From positions 11,110-75,109 of the IMG/VR virus record IMGVR_UViG_3300045993_000757: a stretch of 64,000 nt of DNA. The stretch is one strand, 5' to 3'. The notes beneath the pieces are model-generated. The model was not told where the DNA came from. It did not search any database and saw only the letters and a list, made by a program, of their open reading frames with translations. Source of the stretch: a virus. A program made the position numbers and the translations under genes. The first letter of the stretch is position 1; each line of letters opens with the position of its first letter. Below, in pieces: positions 51,701-57,399 of the stretch.

Positions 51701-54594
51701 CCTTCGCTCGCAATCCGCAGCTTGTGGCCTTGGAGAAGCGATACGCGGCCGACATCCGCGCCGGCCGGGCCCAGGCCCCCAGGACGGTGCAGCAGGTCGT
51801 GAATGCCCTGACCGCCCTGGCCGGGGGAAGAATCCCGCCCGCGACCGTGGCCAAGCTGTTCAACGAGGAGCTGAACCGTTACGGCAAGGTCGCCCTGACC
51901 CGGAACTCCCTGGAATCCGAGGCCCCCAAGCGTTCCGAGGGGGTTCACATCGGCGAGGATGACACGAACGAGTTCTCGTCCCCCGCGGCGAAGCTCATCT
52001 ACCCCTCCGACTTCTACGAGTACGGGGCCAACGGGATCGACATCCGGCAAGCCGTGGAGCGCATGGCGGACCGGGCCCAGGTGGCCATGCTCGCGGCCAT
52101 GGAGGATGCCGCCAAGACCCTGAACTCCATCGTCAGCCGCCTCCAAGGTCCGATCCAAGGCATCACGTCCGAGGATCATGACATCGTCCGTTGGTCCACG
52201 CCCAACATGGACAAGTCCACCCTGTTCAAGCGGGTCGCCGCGGCCATCGAGGTGCTCAACGACCGGGCGCGGATGCTGCGCGCCGAGAAGGCCAAGCTGA
52301 TCGACACCGGGGTATCCCCTGGAACGCTCGTTCAGCTCATGCGGGCCAACTTCCCCATGATCCTGAGCTGGCCGCGCGCCATGCTGACGAACGTGGTGGG
52401 TGGGCCCATCGCCTCCGTCTACACCATGGCCGCGGTCTACGGCCGGCCGGCCGCGGTGCTGTTCGCCGCCCTGAATTCCATCGGAAGCATGGCCACGCTG
52501 GCATCCGAGTCGTTCCTGTGGACGGCGAAGAAGCTGGGATTCGATGTCACGGGGGGATCGAGCCCCAACTCCTTCCTTTCGAACCGCGCCGAGGCTCTGG
52601 ACTGGCTGGAGTCGGTCGGCCTGGGCGTCACCTCGTACTCCCATGCCGAGATCCAGGAGTTGCAGTCCTATATGCAGGGGCCGGGCCTGAAGAAGGCGTT
52701 CTTCCGCGGGGCCCTGAAGGTCGGGGCCGCAGTCGAGAATGTCCTGGGGCAACACGTTGGCGTCTCCGCCGGCGACCGTATCCTGAACCGGTTCGCCGCC
52801 CAGATCGTCGTTCCCATGACCCTTTGGCGGCTGAAGAAGTTGGCCCTGCGCTGGCAGCAGCGACTTGCCAAGATGGATGTGGTGGCCGGGCCCACGTCCC
52901 TCCGCGATACGCGGGGCAACTTCATGGCGGAGTACGCCTTCAGCGATGCCGACTCCCAGAACGCCGCTCGGATCCGCGAGCAGATCGAGGAGGCCGGGAT
53001 GAATCCCGAAGACTTCCTGGCCAAGCTGGCCAATGGGGAGATCGACATCCGCCGATTCTGGCGCACGGAAGCCGGGGCGAAGTTCGGGCAGATGATCCTA
53101 GGCGAGTTCAACGCCAGCAACCGCATCAACCGGCCGCATCCCAACGCCCTCCTAAGCCTCCTGGGATGGACCTCGTTCACCCTGTCACGCTCGCTGGACC
53201 TCATGCGCGCCAAGCCGAACATCGGCCGCTTCAAGCGCCTGGGGGAAGCCGCCATCGGGGCCATGGCCTTCTCCACCGCCTCTGTCCTGTCGGCCATGCT
53301 CCAGCAGGCCGCTCGGCAGGGATTCAACGAGTTGCAGACGACCATCGCCCGCACCATCGCCGATGCCCTGCGCGTCCCGCCCGACAAGGACGATGAGTGG
53401 TCCGTGTTCCACTGGATGCGGAACATCCTGGCGCGCGCCTTCGCCTCATTCGAGGTGAACGCCTCGCCCAAAGCCAACCCATGGGAAAAGTCCTGGTGGC
53501 AGCGCCCGTGGACCGAAATTGCGCTCGAGGTGGCCCGAGATATCCCGGCGGGTGTGGGCATCGATCGACTCGCCGAGGGCGGATCCCTGAAGACCCCATT
53601 CTCAGGCATGATGGTTCAGTCTATGGAAACCGTGGGCCTTGCGGTGAAGGCGATCTTCGAAGCCCTGGGCGGAGACACGCCCCAGGCCAAGACCAACGCC
53701 CTGCTCTCCGCCAAGAACGCCCTGGGGATGTTCGGCGAGCTGGGCCGGGCCATGGGCAATATGCTCATGCCCAACCGCCGGCAATCGGTCCACGACATCC
53801 GGAAGGCAGCCATCGACGCCGGCGTGAAGTTTACGCCCCCCGACACGAGCTTCGGCTTCCAGTTCATGCAGAACACCCCGACGCGCGGGCCCCTGCTGGA
53901 CGCCGCCCTTCAGGTTTCGCAGGCTCGAAGCGAAGCGGATCGATTGGCCGCATCGGATCGGCTCAAGGAAGTCAGCCGGGAGATTTACCAGGCCGCGTTC
54001 GACAAGGTGGTCGAGCGTGGCGGGTTTGCGAACGAGCACGACGCACGCAAGGCTGCGGATGAGGCAGGGAGGAAGGCGGTCCAGTCTGCCCTGTCCGCCA
54101 TGGAACCCGTCACTCGTGCTCTGGGTCGATCCGTGACGCCCACGGAGTTCGCGGCACTCAAAGCCACCGGGGTTCTGGATTCCACGGCGGTCCAGGAGGA
54201 GAGCGCGGCGGTGGCCGTCGCCGCCAGGATCCTGTCGAACACGAAGACCCCGGACGGCGGGCATTCGCTGGCCACGAACACCAAGGCGGTCAGCAGCCCC
54301 ATCTCCGGGGCGTACCTGGGCACTGGCGGAACGGTCAGCGGAGGAAGCCCCGTGGCCAGCGGGGGTGGATCTGCGTTCGGCGGCGGGGCCATGGGGGCTG
54401 GGGCGAGCGTCCTCGGTGGGTCGTCGAGCGCCCTTCGAGGAGGGCTCGGAAAGCTGGGTCGTTCGAAGTTCGGTCTCAGGCCGAAGAAGATGCGCCTCGG
54501 GAAGCCGGGTAAGAGCAAGGTGGTTCGCCTGGGCAAGTTAAAGGTGACTCGCATCAAGGTTCCCAAGCTCAAAAAAGTCGCGGTCAAGGGGTAG
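36796..54594 (+). CDS. Giant polyvalent (DarB-like) virion protein: ejection-type N-terminus, zincin-like domain, SF2 helicase, two methyltransferases, TIM-barrel domain, HhH glycosylase-like domain
   Basis: 5932 aa; REEAAH..EEYVA; DGTGTGKT/DESHN/LSATP/QAEGRGYR; YYPTP/LEPSAGHG/NPPF; DFGAG/YDPF/NVLNVV; DNGVF/APDV/VAQDG/FIGGST/HMGRVNS; GPKIEPF/AVDRH/QAAVW. Confidence 0.85.
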   Translation: MPKYPLTLPNGQSFDIDSPNELSQSQLAEAQGQLMAQFGQAQPDPTPVAEPSLSNNAFDPIGAVRDAIGQELPPPEFGAMDVPGAAVRSTMGQLGQGMFKIGLGAMGLTTGPLVDVLTGNTPFQQNPSWETLGETLNPAKSYARFKRGAMAQNINDLARSSVPVWERQNDPSIAQPTGFTKSAIDFTGGVASSVIMSLPAMVTGIPGLIGMSMATFDPAFEEAQSKGAGDTKAFAHAVLSTAFEAGSEYVGSAWAKTARMMETMPYLPPTVRKYLFQAERGPVEDAAKEAARSFWGTLVGTASRKDGIHLGTATMEGLEEVFSTVAQRMSAAMLYDPTQITNIGDLMMDAGMSFLGGAAAGVAFTPLERRVARQKVGEAMRSGVFEQYRTALEAAKKDGAYRPEDQKVVNEAVTGRRLMELGALWGNTDMVAKGKEQLAAATTPEMAAATEAEVKKAAEMFHAVQTPEGAATAHKLAVDQFGADSPQAKKMAELVNQANEHRLDIARAQAVQTSGPGMKSEEWAKVVTQEGLSPDRVELHASQGFRDNETGLPTENPKDSQGRPNQEQEGYVDPQTGKIHIYQGSILGDINAGRGSRRVRQREHFRQVLREEAAHTALQTPLGRSRLNAYVEHLKANDSKAYQAIVDTLARQGYHPDIIPEEYVAKLYRQQSWFQQKVDDFMLALHRWTGIGKLNHVRAGRLLIRSLVEHSRQGNLRGNAGAFQPANAAADVRQQESRLDMARIRALNTEEAKVIASGHAAILTQPQLEQAIRDLTTRLELMNRQGIGGMVKLETERVLKAAKDEFVARENVRRQAILNQATAPVQPPTPNTPQGGTAPFVPVIDQQPPTPPPNAPDQQQQQTGSQPEHPNGNEGGQAPEAGNSNSPGSPAESGAEAPNPEESKVASYVPPENPGHIAADLSTKVQQGDLTRDEGTALSIKFGVQGEFDQFMALIDKVAAREASGEAQAEREARKAKIDNIVSRLLVGDEVDGGILESIEPRAEDDHWFVVRHPGGTTSASNVPPIIGKMFDPAWVQSIESRKLTREKVLKAEELKKKIKGKEKPQDAREQAAAEARAKKEAFERAEAERKAKEKADQDAARNEFESAFQQAKALAPGDKVGKRVVQSNNTETTDIQFEGENTPEDYENVAVFIMDGNDVVKASTPPPAAGKTFKVGDRVQWMDGKITRTGVVREQTAIGVSVNDDDSGRNYLLASSDLTELSKPVSDQPQAPAIIEAWKKGKRELAQQLADRLPEPGDTWAFRTSDTGNLAGYGAGDSTFTRDLTVRGKPLWQWINEAQADTLPKPGSNAQENKPAAGITADNLHKQNLRMFTGILKPIIERVRGIFDRLERGKKVSQDDHSFLSRYRAFATEKVRSLNEGFGDVPAESIAQKYTDDFEGIALARDYTKAQLEVEKRHLTKFGQLFPTGSETGNIISGLLGRVMEAINRHDGVPIPRLASKIPKRPIRKPSTRERAPDLIDLLIDTVGKIDPKLIKEANPDFKPTGAARLLFSPKGTPADQAMHAVVGQMGVTADMSIDQFAEAITAAANGRKATRKGWAAEGAQNDADAKRALAFHAFLDKERPSGLSVSELKMGDSFTVDGDPFSVIGVEYGEDGGPFSVTLDGGKKWGTQVVDGKKPVTVDDGSFAGVNGPIEPETSKLPSEIADEIRRVVGFIQEVRNYLNSQLQWKDNHSRFVVEEYLKDNAQAIEAAQKTIQEFRDVAPTHNIDAELVIEELGGVPDITLPPEKPAGIPGFFDAIESDEDRIARERNEAEQRRAKADADKLRDLANKPLKGTAGDLGQGALFAEPGDQDLFAPPPADVQPKRKAMDAIQAKVDAQDATKRAKIEELKKRLKPNMGGEDITPFSLKELSPQTKNDLIELSGLYLSSDIVSFAEFSTKLIDDFGDSVRPWLQFAYESSRFSPGATYKGSMDPADWVEQLAKKYDSGATPDLESDRFRTTGQPGPDRGPTVQPENLGPAQPGDRPVAPGDSQADTGTPGGVSDRGDSTTDARPAGGERLPEPAASPVVERPASHPGTQRPGRSGGTGRARVSAAAQSDLGSPEAPVVAPDVATPPPDFGAYPSDNPVADQADANARSYPWLSADPGNIESTLPMLFPSQRKNVFLAERRFAETPVAATHASGTGLGDPKRGILFTDGTGTGKTYSGAGIVKRFLMQGKTRILIAVPNANIIEAWKSAMKDLEIPHFVLPDTSTAAKGVTLTTQANLRNNAELAKQDFDLVVIDESHNLLSNEAGEANAGLRSFRMVANHPDSVERKATNAIIGPAPVQADYAGGGDFAAALHQWDQKRIDNMAKISAEVKRINELNTKALFLSATPFAYHTSLIMGDGFLYSLPDDSQRTGYNQPKGFDRFLAENLGWRMRTGKLNKPSANVDTSVMEIQLHDLFAKRGAMHGVSLDVPQDYSREFVLVRPAAAQKLDDGFSFFRGGESYQQQYPILNKVFNELWDYNHVAQLLEALKMDSAIERIRQHVAMGRKVILLHSYLKAKIHAHPFRFETYPPEFLMAFNGADLKAEMDRFRNDHAEWANIVMPDSELSLEKIRREFGDSVVFNNGKEAPRSRVEAVIDFNRDGGGVNLLVGQLQATKEGVSLHDKSGKHQRVMMMVALPIRPTDAIQAEGRGYRIGVKTDAINEYIVLHTMMERFAFASKINERADTVETLALGSDSRNLRDRFRDGYLNAIDADPNDQQGKGSKEADRRAETMSDFDRAVSFYFARTKKNSRTKSAEGLDYYPTPEPLGLKMVEWADPSAGDALLEPSAGHGAIGQWFPNIGQHAYLEPSAELRSELGIKVKAGTVYSTTFEDYHITNKFDEIVMNPPFGRAGATAFAHLAKAFRHLVMGGRIVALVPDGANTNDKIVELLRAGNDPTGHYDGRVLRADISLPSSVFERAGTSVRTRLLIFDTPTYSDLHSGHRIGEGLENLFPPTFTTKIEANTIQELFDQIRDLDVPARIRKPKPAPSNPLTTRDAIIQTTSQGPGVVPTRQQSTTPQLPPLFKLGQTTHAKKGIQLFVATLTKSLSDANFSVVNRIAKKHDGYYSGYNKANAIPGFQFDAADQRDDFVAEVERALRPPDESTPTYSLKARDPFEVNDITRTRGAIMASIGVPHVADAMTMTPDEFAAGKHPTVLGFSGKSLWQAINSGDPTLSALLRSPAYSLKVRPVQSDLFDRETTRSIAQAYTSAGTSLPNNRPALFSVIDNGDGWKAQSRNIDFGAGKSLWMDDALKSRGVENLRYDPFNEASAVNEATVDSALRAPADTLTVANVLNVVAPEAALDETIRQTARLLKPDGKAYFWVHFENGKKSGVPRGRPDSWQWHHKAEWYVPHLSRFYGKVETIGQNMIVASQPIPVVGEWSPSAEGPTFSLKPRAYDLTPNGGNPMVPRIGYLTGKHSAKILARAQARGDIGALITPTSSHSLDTARSYPFYAVDNGVFGKAGFNEPKFNALLNKIQPGDPKVLFVVAPDVLAHLPNGQVVGDAAATIERFKDWGPRIRERGLPVAFVAQDGLEDRFNDIPWDGMDVLFIGGSTGWKLGEFADPERRRRWEYVMGEAHNRGIPIHMGRVNSNERLTGHAVDMAASTADGTLLAFGEDINLPRLESWLDQLNHGGLSYAARNMTELGRLPTRREIIDLASDRNLAYETLGAFEPALDEINATRNELGLPPIAPRQFDPGQAEFGFSLKKPVRMFRSYAELETGALQFESWRDWYSADKANIDSMFGKDAPLFAQVLAATSIQTEVPDNVGRALRAYIEMIQGAPFTGQIPSARVNLERIRDGESIRGPKIEPFARAIMGDESAIAVDRHVIRAIFGEDAVATPALIRKAQDVIRKIAAKHGWTPRQTQAAVWAWKINLNGKTPQRYLDSLTPDRFASTIRGSGVEGLVRSRTNFGQGTQAGVGTGAADTGSGVQTGNETPAYSLKTPPDHRPLAEDINAFRTEFPTAPPIVVNQDDAARGARFENGEIVVAETMMPSSRTGRRAELLAALSDAGRLNIPQGFWDRSWKGLVAASPVLIEETRKSIGGNIDTQEGRNAILAELVKRTSKSSAPVGFVRSALAFFRGLDQTKTPAYIIAAMQRTLDRVTDQFTPHQAGPQGEADFGPTDTLHQYIGGLNRDGSQRASGVQEQVFADQHFALWNSFEPELSRMEARLSDLQTGLLEDHQFESVRQRMQQIADTVLATNIANHRRAALNIAADDFIDQVQEVNPDLLTREDIENHSIYLNEVKARRAMSLMQNIERNKATRDYLTDNLPQYPIQTLNRRISRQQIRLSDIEQNHPEMYARASELKSRVEGDPAARAAADAISDPAIQEWVEVIHQIRESGTQPRALAAMPVAIQNSAAVAAGVFQYKARAMRRELGDRLVRTTDTALRALNKLVEERRNSRQKEGQIEVAMVEMIQAARGDAGASGGLYTLEEAKRMRDIGDRAIARFARFLGASDPGTLPAELRDAFIEDNLMSIGIDPATLSGPNSFDLDRIATDAGISREAFLQIMELARTSRPFQNMVVALADEADERAETSILNAIQRLQRVRNEVLSRPRDPVDTTGLTPKEARIAIARSERAIIRQANQEALLSAAPFLRSLKQQTLELKQSNRSMDTQIERLERELQTIQNLSDMANAVDGAAHELAPDNFGVAEMVYQTSDGVFMAEFLTAEGTQPGVRVSPGEEYSAEKIMEIILYRDAALRAIAANVNPPEITRGLEVAVDMVLPLIDANSTPGSIGKTLSPNGLSEQWTKYPMGVRAAMPRLIPGISGRRLAESMATYARVGSKVTAILNKYHARRVQLLKAAMDSMNLSPTDELARSSFRQVYSEVAHRLREHGSNVAPGDQTFSGNHGSIVTPELITLLRYDREIFRAVQDIVESLPYGGIRESIPGMDVRLIRPSAETGDVGLARSVNKDFEVPLARAYSAAVTLATNQQKVTGQNVIPDITAFWDMNPHHILFHILDAGRNDLAFARNPQLVALEKRYAADIRAGRAQAPRTVQQVVNALTALAGGRIPPATVAKLFNEELNRYGKVALTRNSLESEAPKRSEGVHIGEDDTNEFSSPAAKLIYPSDFYEYGANGIDIRQAVERMADRAQVAMLAAMEDAAKTLNSIVSRLQGPIQGITSEDHDIVRWSTPNMDKSTLFKRVAAAIEVLNDRARMLRAEKAKLIDTGVSPGTLVQLMRANFPMILSWPRAMLTNVVGGPIASVYTMAAVYGRPAAVLFAALNSIGSMATLASESFLWTAKKLGFDVTGGSSPNSFLSNRAEALDWLESVGLGVTSYSHAEIQELQSYMQGPGLKKAFFRGALKVGAAVENVLGQHVGVSAGDRILNRFAAQIVVPMTLWRLKKLALRWQQRLAKMDVVAGPTSLRDTRGNFMAEYAFSDADSQNAARIREQIEEAGMNPEDFLAKLANGEIDIRRFWRTEAGAKFGQMILGEFNASNRINRPHPNALLSLLGWTSFTLSRSLDLMRAKPNIGRFKRLGEAAIGAMAFSTASVLSAMLQQAARQGFNELQTTIARTIADALRVPPDKDDEWSVFHWMRNILARAFASFEVNASPKANPWEKSWWQRPWTEIALEVARDIPAGVGIDRLAEGGSLKTPFSGMMVQSMETVGLAVKAIFEALGGDTPQAKTNALLSAKNALGMFGELGRAMGNMLMPNRRQSVHDIRKAAIDAGVKFTPPDTSFGFQFMQNTPTRGPLLDAALQVSQARSEADRLAASDRLKEVSREIYQAAFDKVVERGGFANEHDARKAADEAGRKAVQSALSAMEPVTRALGRSVTPTEFAALKATGVLDSTAVQEESAAVAVAARILSNTKTPDGGHSLATNTKAVSSPISGAYLGTGGTVSGGSPVASGGGSAFGGGAMGAGASVLGGSSSALRGGLGKLGRSKFGLRPKKMRLGKPGKSKVVRLGKLKVTRIKVPKLKKVAVKG
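39356..39511 (+). CDS. Nested +1-frame gene: small basic phage protein (MPL...NIRTEMKAGKPQKQAIAIAL type)
   Basis: Manual translation MPLINSSSKQAVSQNIRTEMKAGKPQKQAIAIALAVQRRAEQKRRIRKKAR matches a pattern I recognise from small stand-alone phage genes; host frame here is a low-complexity linker. Confidence 0.75.
   Translation: MPLINSSSKQAVSQNIRTEMKAGKPQKQAIAIALAVQRRAEQKRRIRKKAR
42638..43132 (+). CDS. Nested +1-frame gene, 164-aa helical protein
   Basis: ATG after AAAAAAT; G/C third-position bias shifts to the +1 frame; amphipathic sequence; host frame is a P/G/R/D linker. Confidence 0.65.
   Translation: MTQVPLRIWNQIASEQQDNLDPIAVQLFSLKTSDQLNLVIDLWHQEIRKLTPEPLVASAIVAILPLMRAQRAVNAFLSQRPALSWNVRQAIPELNGLDEAVELGVLEYRLRRNQTLDLRKLLSSPQTWQLLRPILERTPATTPSPTKPTPTPDPTPGSPPIPAT
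48473..48607 (+). CDS. Possible nested +1-frame micro-gene (44 aa)
   Basis: GTG-DQELKDSFDRARILDRELKQALG...; GC3 bias in +1 frame; host frame is a Gly-rich linker. Confidence 0.4.
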   Translation: MDQELKDSFDRARILDRELKQALGPGRQTPDPEFKREMKPPLTA

Positions 54595-54640
54595 GTCTAA
54601 ACCCCATTTCGCCCAGGCCTAGATCAGGCATCCTCCAAGG

Positions 54641-55066
54641 ATGGCAATCCAACTTTTGGGCACGAATCAACTGATCCCGCTTACCGTCAAATTCACAACC
54701 CTCGCCGGCAGTCCGTCGAGCGTTGAAGGGGCCCCGACATGGGCCAGTTCCGACGAATCCATCCTGACCCTCGATGTCGCCGCGGACGGAATGAGCGCGA
54801 CGGCGATTGCGGTCGGAGTGGTCGGATCCGCCACCGTCACTGTCACGGCCGACAGCGACTTGACCGACGAGGTGAAACAGATCTCCGGATCGCAGGATTT
54901 TTCTGTCATCGAACCCACCGAACTGGCCGCGGTGGTCACCATCGTCCCTGGCACCCCCGAGAATAAGCCCCAGATCGTCACCCAGGCCCAGGTCGCCCGA
55001 GCTCCTCAGGCCAACAAGGGTCGTGCTGTGAATTCCCAGACTTCCGGCTACGCCGGCCAAAAGTGA
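54641..55066 (+). CDS. Ig-like domain protein (decoration candidate)
   Basis: PTWASSDESILTL..DG.SA..AVG.VGSATVTVTAD. Confidence 0.6.
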   Translation: MAIQLLGTNQLIPLTVKFTTLAGSPSSVEGAPTWASSDESILTLDVAADGMSATAIAVGVVGSATVTVTADSDLTDEVKQISGSQDFSVIEPTELAAVVTIVPGTPENKPQIVTQAQVARAPQANKGRAVNSQTSGYAGQK

Positions 55067-55230
55067 AGCTGACCCTGGACATCGATCCCAAGCTGGCCTT
55101 GCCAAATGGCTCGAAGGCCAGGGTTTGCATCTGCCTCGAAATCGAGATCGAGGTGAAGCGCGACCACCCCCGCAACGACGTGGCGGCGGTGGTTAAGATC
55201 ATCCCCGGAAAGCCGGTCGAGAAGCCATGA
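55063..55230 (+). CDS. 55-aa hypothetical protein (not in ORF track)
   Basis: GTGA and ATGA overlaps on both sides; C-terminus AAVVKIIPGKPVEKP. Confidence 0.65.
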   Translation: MKLTLDIDPKLALPNGSKARVCICLEIEIEVKRDHPRNDVAAVVKIIPGKPVEKP

Positions 55231-55445
55231 TTGCCTCTGCCATCAGCGCCAGCAGCCTCGTCAACGTGATCATCTGGATCATTGTGGCGGGGCTGATCTT
55301 CTGGTTGTTGACCTGGCTGGTGGACTACTGTGGCGTCCCAGAGCCTTTCCGGAAAGTTGCCAAGGTCGTGATTGCGGTGGTTGCCGTTCTGATGTTGATC
55401 AATGCGATCCTGACTTTGGCGGGCTCTCCGCTCGTCACCTGGTAG
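55227..55445 (+). CDS. Two-TM small membrane protein (Thivi_2564-like, holin candidate)
   Basis: IIVAGLIFWL...VPEPFRKVAKVVIAVVAVLMLI. Confidence 0.7.
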   Translation: MIASAISASSLVNVIIWIIVAGLIFWLLTWLVDYCGVPEPFRKVAKVVIAVVAVLMLINAILTLAGSPLVTW

Positions 55446-55619
55446 CGTGCGCCCATGCGGTCGCCCTGAGGGTCTTATTGTTTCCCCTTCTGGGCGGCTA
55501 CTCCTCTCCTGCCGCGCATGGAAGCCAGTTAGGGTGGACCCCCGGATCCACCGTAAGACGGGTGGTTTGATGGTGGGTGGGAGGGATTCATCCCTCCTGC
55601 CCGCCAGCATGTGATGGGT

Positions 55620-55991
55620 ATGGACACGAACCTTCTTCAACTGCTGGTGGCTCAGTCGGCGAGGGTGGCCCCCGCGGACCATACTGCGATCGACGCCATC
55701 AAGCTGATCTTCGAGATGTTAGGTCCTGTGATGGCGGCGTTGATCCTCTTCATTCAATCGAAGACGACGACGACGCTCAAGGAAGTGCATGTGGCGGTGA
55801 ACTCGGAGCGGACGGCGAACCTGGAGGAGATCAAGAGGCTGCACTCCTCGATTGAGGATCTGCAGAGGTCGATTGCCTTCAGTGACGAGTGGTTGTCCGG
55901 GGAGGACCGGGGGTACGAGGAAGCGAGAACTCGGAGAACGCAAAGATCACCATGGAAACGGCCAACAACGAAGAGAACTGGGCGACGATGA
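55620..55991 (+). CDS. Single-TM membrane protein (holin-like)
   Basis: TM helix followed by EVHVAVNS and coiled coil. Confidence 0.5.
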   Translation: MDTNLLQLLVAQSARVAPADHTAIDAIKLIFEMLGPVMAALILFIQSKTTTTLKEVHVAVNSERTANLEEIKRLHSSIEDLQRSIAFSDEWLSGEDRGYEEARTRRTQRSPWKRPTTKRTGRR

Positions 55992-56128
55992 ACCTCCTGG
56001 CTGTGGCCAGGACGCTAGAGTTGGATGCGGACAGCACCCTCAAGGATCTGCCTGATCACGCGAAGGAGATCATGGCGGAGTTGCAGAAGCTGAGGACGGC
56101 GGTGTGGATCAAGGCTGGGTCCGCATGA
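55952..56128 (+). CDS. Small hypothetical protein
   Basis: METANNEENW..., good codon bias. Confidence 0.5.
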   Translation: METANNEENWATMNLLAVARTLELDADSTLKDLPDHAKEIMAELQKLRTAVWIKAGSA

Positions 56129-56444
56129 AGTGGCGGACGTTGGAGACCCAATTCCTATGCCCCACGGGATCGACGGAGGGCGGGCAGTAGCGCCGGCCAA
56201 TGGCGACGATGGGGTCGCCACGTCCATCCCAGTCCCTGAGAGCCCGCCGGATGGTGCGAAGAGCGACCTCCCGGGCGTGGGATCTATTCCTGACCGGAAC
56301 GCTCAGGATTCCGAATGGCTTCCGAGCTTTTACTCCGCCCTCCGCTCGCTCGATTGCGCGGAGCAGGCGTTGCTCGTCGAGAGCGCGAGCCGGGGTCACA
56401 AGGCTGAGAGAGGCCAGGATGGTGAGCGGAAGGGTGAACTTCAT
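56109..56444 (-). CDS. Secreted lysozyme-like muralytic enzyme (signal-peptide endolysin candidate)
   Basis: Signal peptide ending ARA; AIERAEG catalytic-Glu helix; IGRRYCPP....NWVSNV motif as in GH73-like glucosaminidases. Confidence 0.6.
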   Translation of the reverse strand: MKFTLPLTILASLSLVTPARALDEQRLLRAIERAEGGVKARKPFGILSVPVRNRSHAREVALRTIRRALRDWDGRGDPIVAIGRRYCPPSVDPVGHRNWVSNVRHFMRTQP

Positions 56445-56481
56445 GGACAGGCAGATGGCTCAAAACTATAACGAACTTCGC

Positions 56482-57168
56482 ATGAACCAAAAACTTCTAA
56501 TCCTTATGGCTGTTAGCGCGACGACGCTCAGCCTTGTTTCCACTGGGTGCAGTTCCTCCAGGGCGGCCACAAACTCGCGGCCCAGGATCTACTCCGGGCC
56601 GGTGAGTGTGACGGGTCCGATCACGGTGACGGGTCCGATCACGGCTGTGAACCCGGTGCAGACGGTGGACACGAACACGTCGGACACTCCCAGGAACGAG
56701 CCCTTGCCGGCACGGGTGGATCCCAGGATTGCGGGCAACCCCACGGTGTACACCCGGCAGGGCGTGGCGCCTGCGCTTGCGGTGGACAACTCCCTGGTGG
56801 GGCCGACCGTGGTGGCCGACGGGACCGAGCTCGAGCTCAAGAAGGAGAGCCTCAGTGTCCGTCGCCAGACGGTGAGCAACGGCCAGGTGATCATCCGCAA
56901 GGTGGTCGTCTCGGAGCAGGTCAACATCCCGGTGACGCTCTCGCGGGAGGAGTACGTGGTGGAGAGGGTGGCTGCGGACGGCCCGCCCACGACGCCCTGG
57001 GGTGAGGCGCAGGCGGTCATCAGCATGCCCCTGACGCGGGAGACTGCGGCCCCGGTGATCACGCCGAGAGTCATCGAGCGGGTGAAGGTCAGGAAGACCC
57101 TGACCTCGGACAACGCCAACATCACGGGGACGGTCAGGACCGAGCAGTTGGATGTCGGTAAACAGTGA
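56482..57168 (+). CDS. Lipoprotein with YsnF/AvaK (DUF2382) domain
   Basis: Lipobox VSTG-C; LELKKESLSVRRQTV..GQVIIRKVV.SE...IPVTLSREE.VVERV...TVRTEQLDV. Confidence 0.8.
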   Translation: MNQKLLILMAVSATTLSLVSTGCSSSRAATNSRPRIYSGPVSVTGPITVTGPITAVNPVQTVDTNTSDTPRNEPLPARVDPRIAGNPTVYTRQGVAPALAVDNSLVGPTVVADGTELELKKESLSVRRQTVSNGQVIIRKVVVSEQVNIPVTLSREEYVVERVAADGPPTTPWGEAQAVISMPLTRETAAPVITPRVIERVKVRKTLTSDNANITGTVRTEQLDVGKQ

Positions 57169-57374
57169 CGAAGGAGAAGCCATTCAAGTGGGGGCGTATC
57201 GCCTACGTGGCATTCTGCGCCCAGCGTGAGTGGAAGGCTCAGGACGGTGGGGCGCTTGCTTCATTTGAGAGGCTCTCGCCTTCGGAGCAGACCGCATGGG
57301 CTGTGGCAGCGGAGGCGGTGATGCTAGCGGAGTACAGGGAGGGCATCTCCGTGAGGCGCAAGTGCAAGCCGTGA
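57165..57374 (+). CDS. Small hypothetical phage protein
   Basis: GRIAYVAFC...L.SFERLSPSEQTAWAVAAEAV; GTGA overlap. Confidence 0.6.
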   Translation: MTKEKPFKWGRIAYVAFCAQREWKAQDGGALASFERLSPSEQTAWAVAAEAVMLAEYREGISVRRKCKP

Positions 57375-57399
57375 AGGTCTGCGTCATCGGGTTGCTCGC

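Noticed and set aside
52191-53396. 401-aa alternative-frame ORF inside giant gene as another nested gene
   Set aside because: Arg/Gly/Pro-rich; the codon bias stays in the main frame, which is protein-like here
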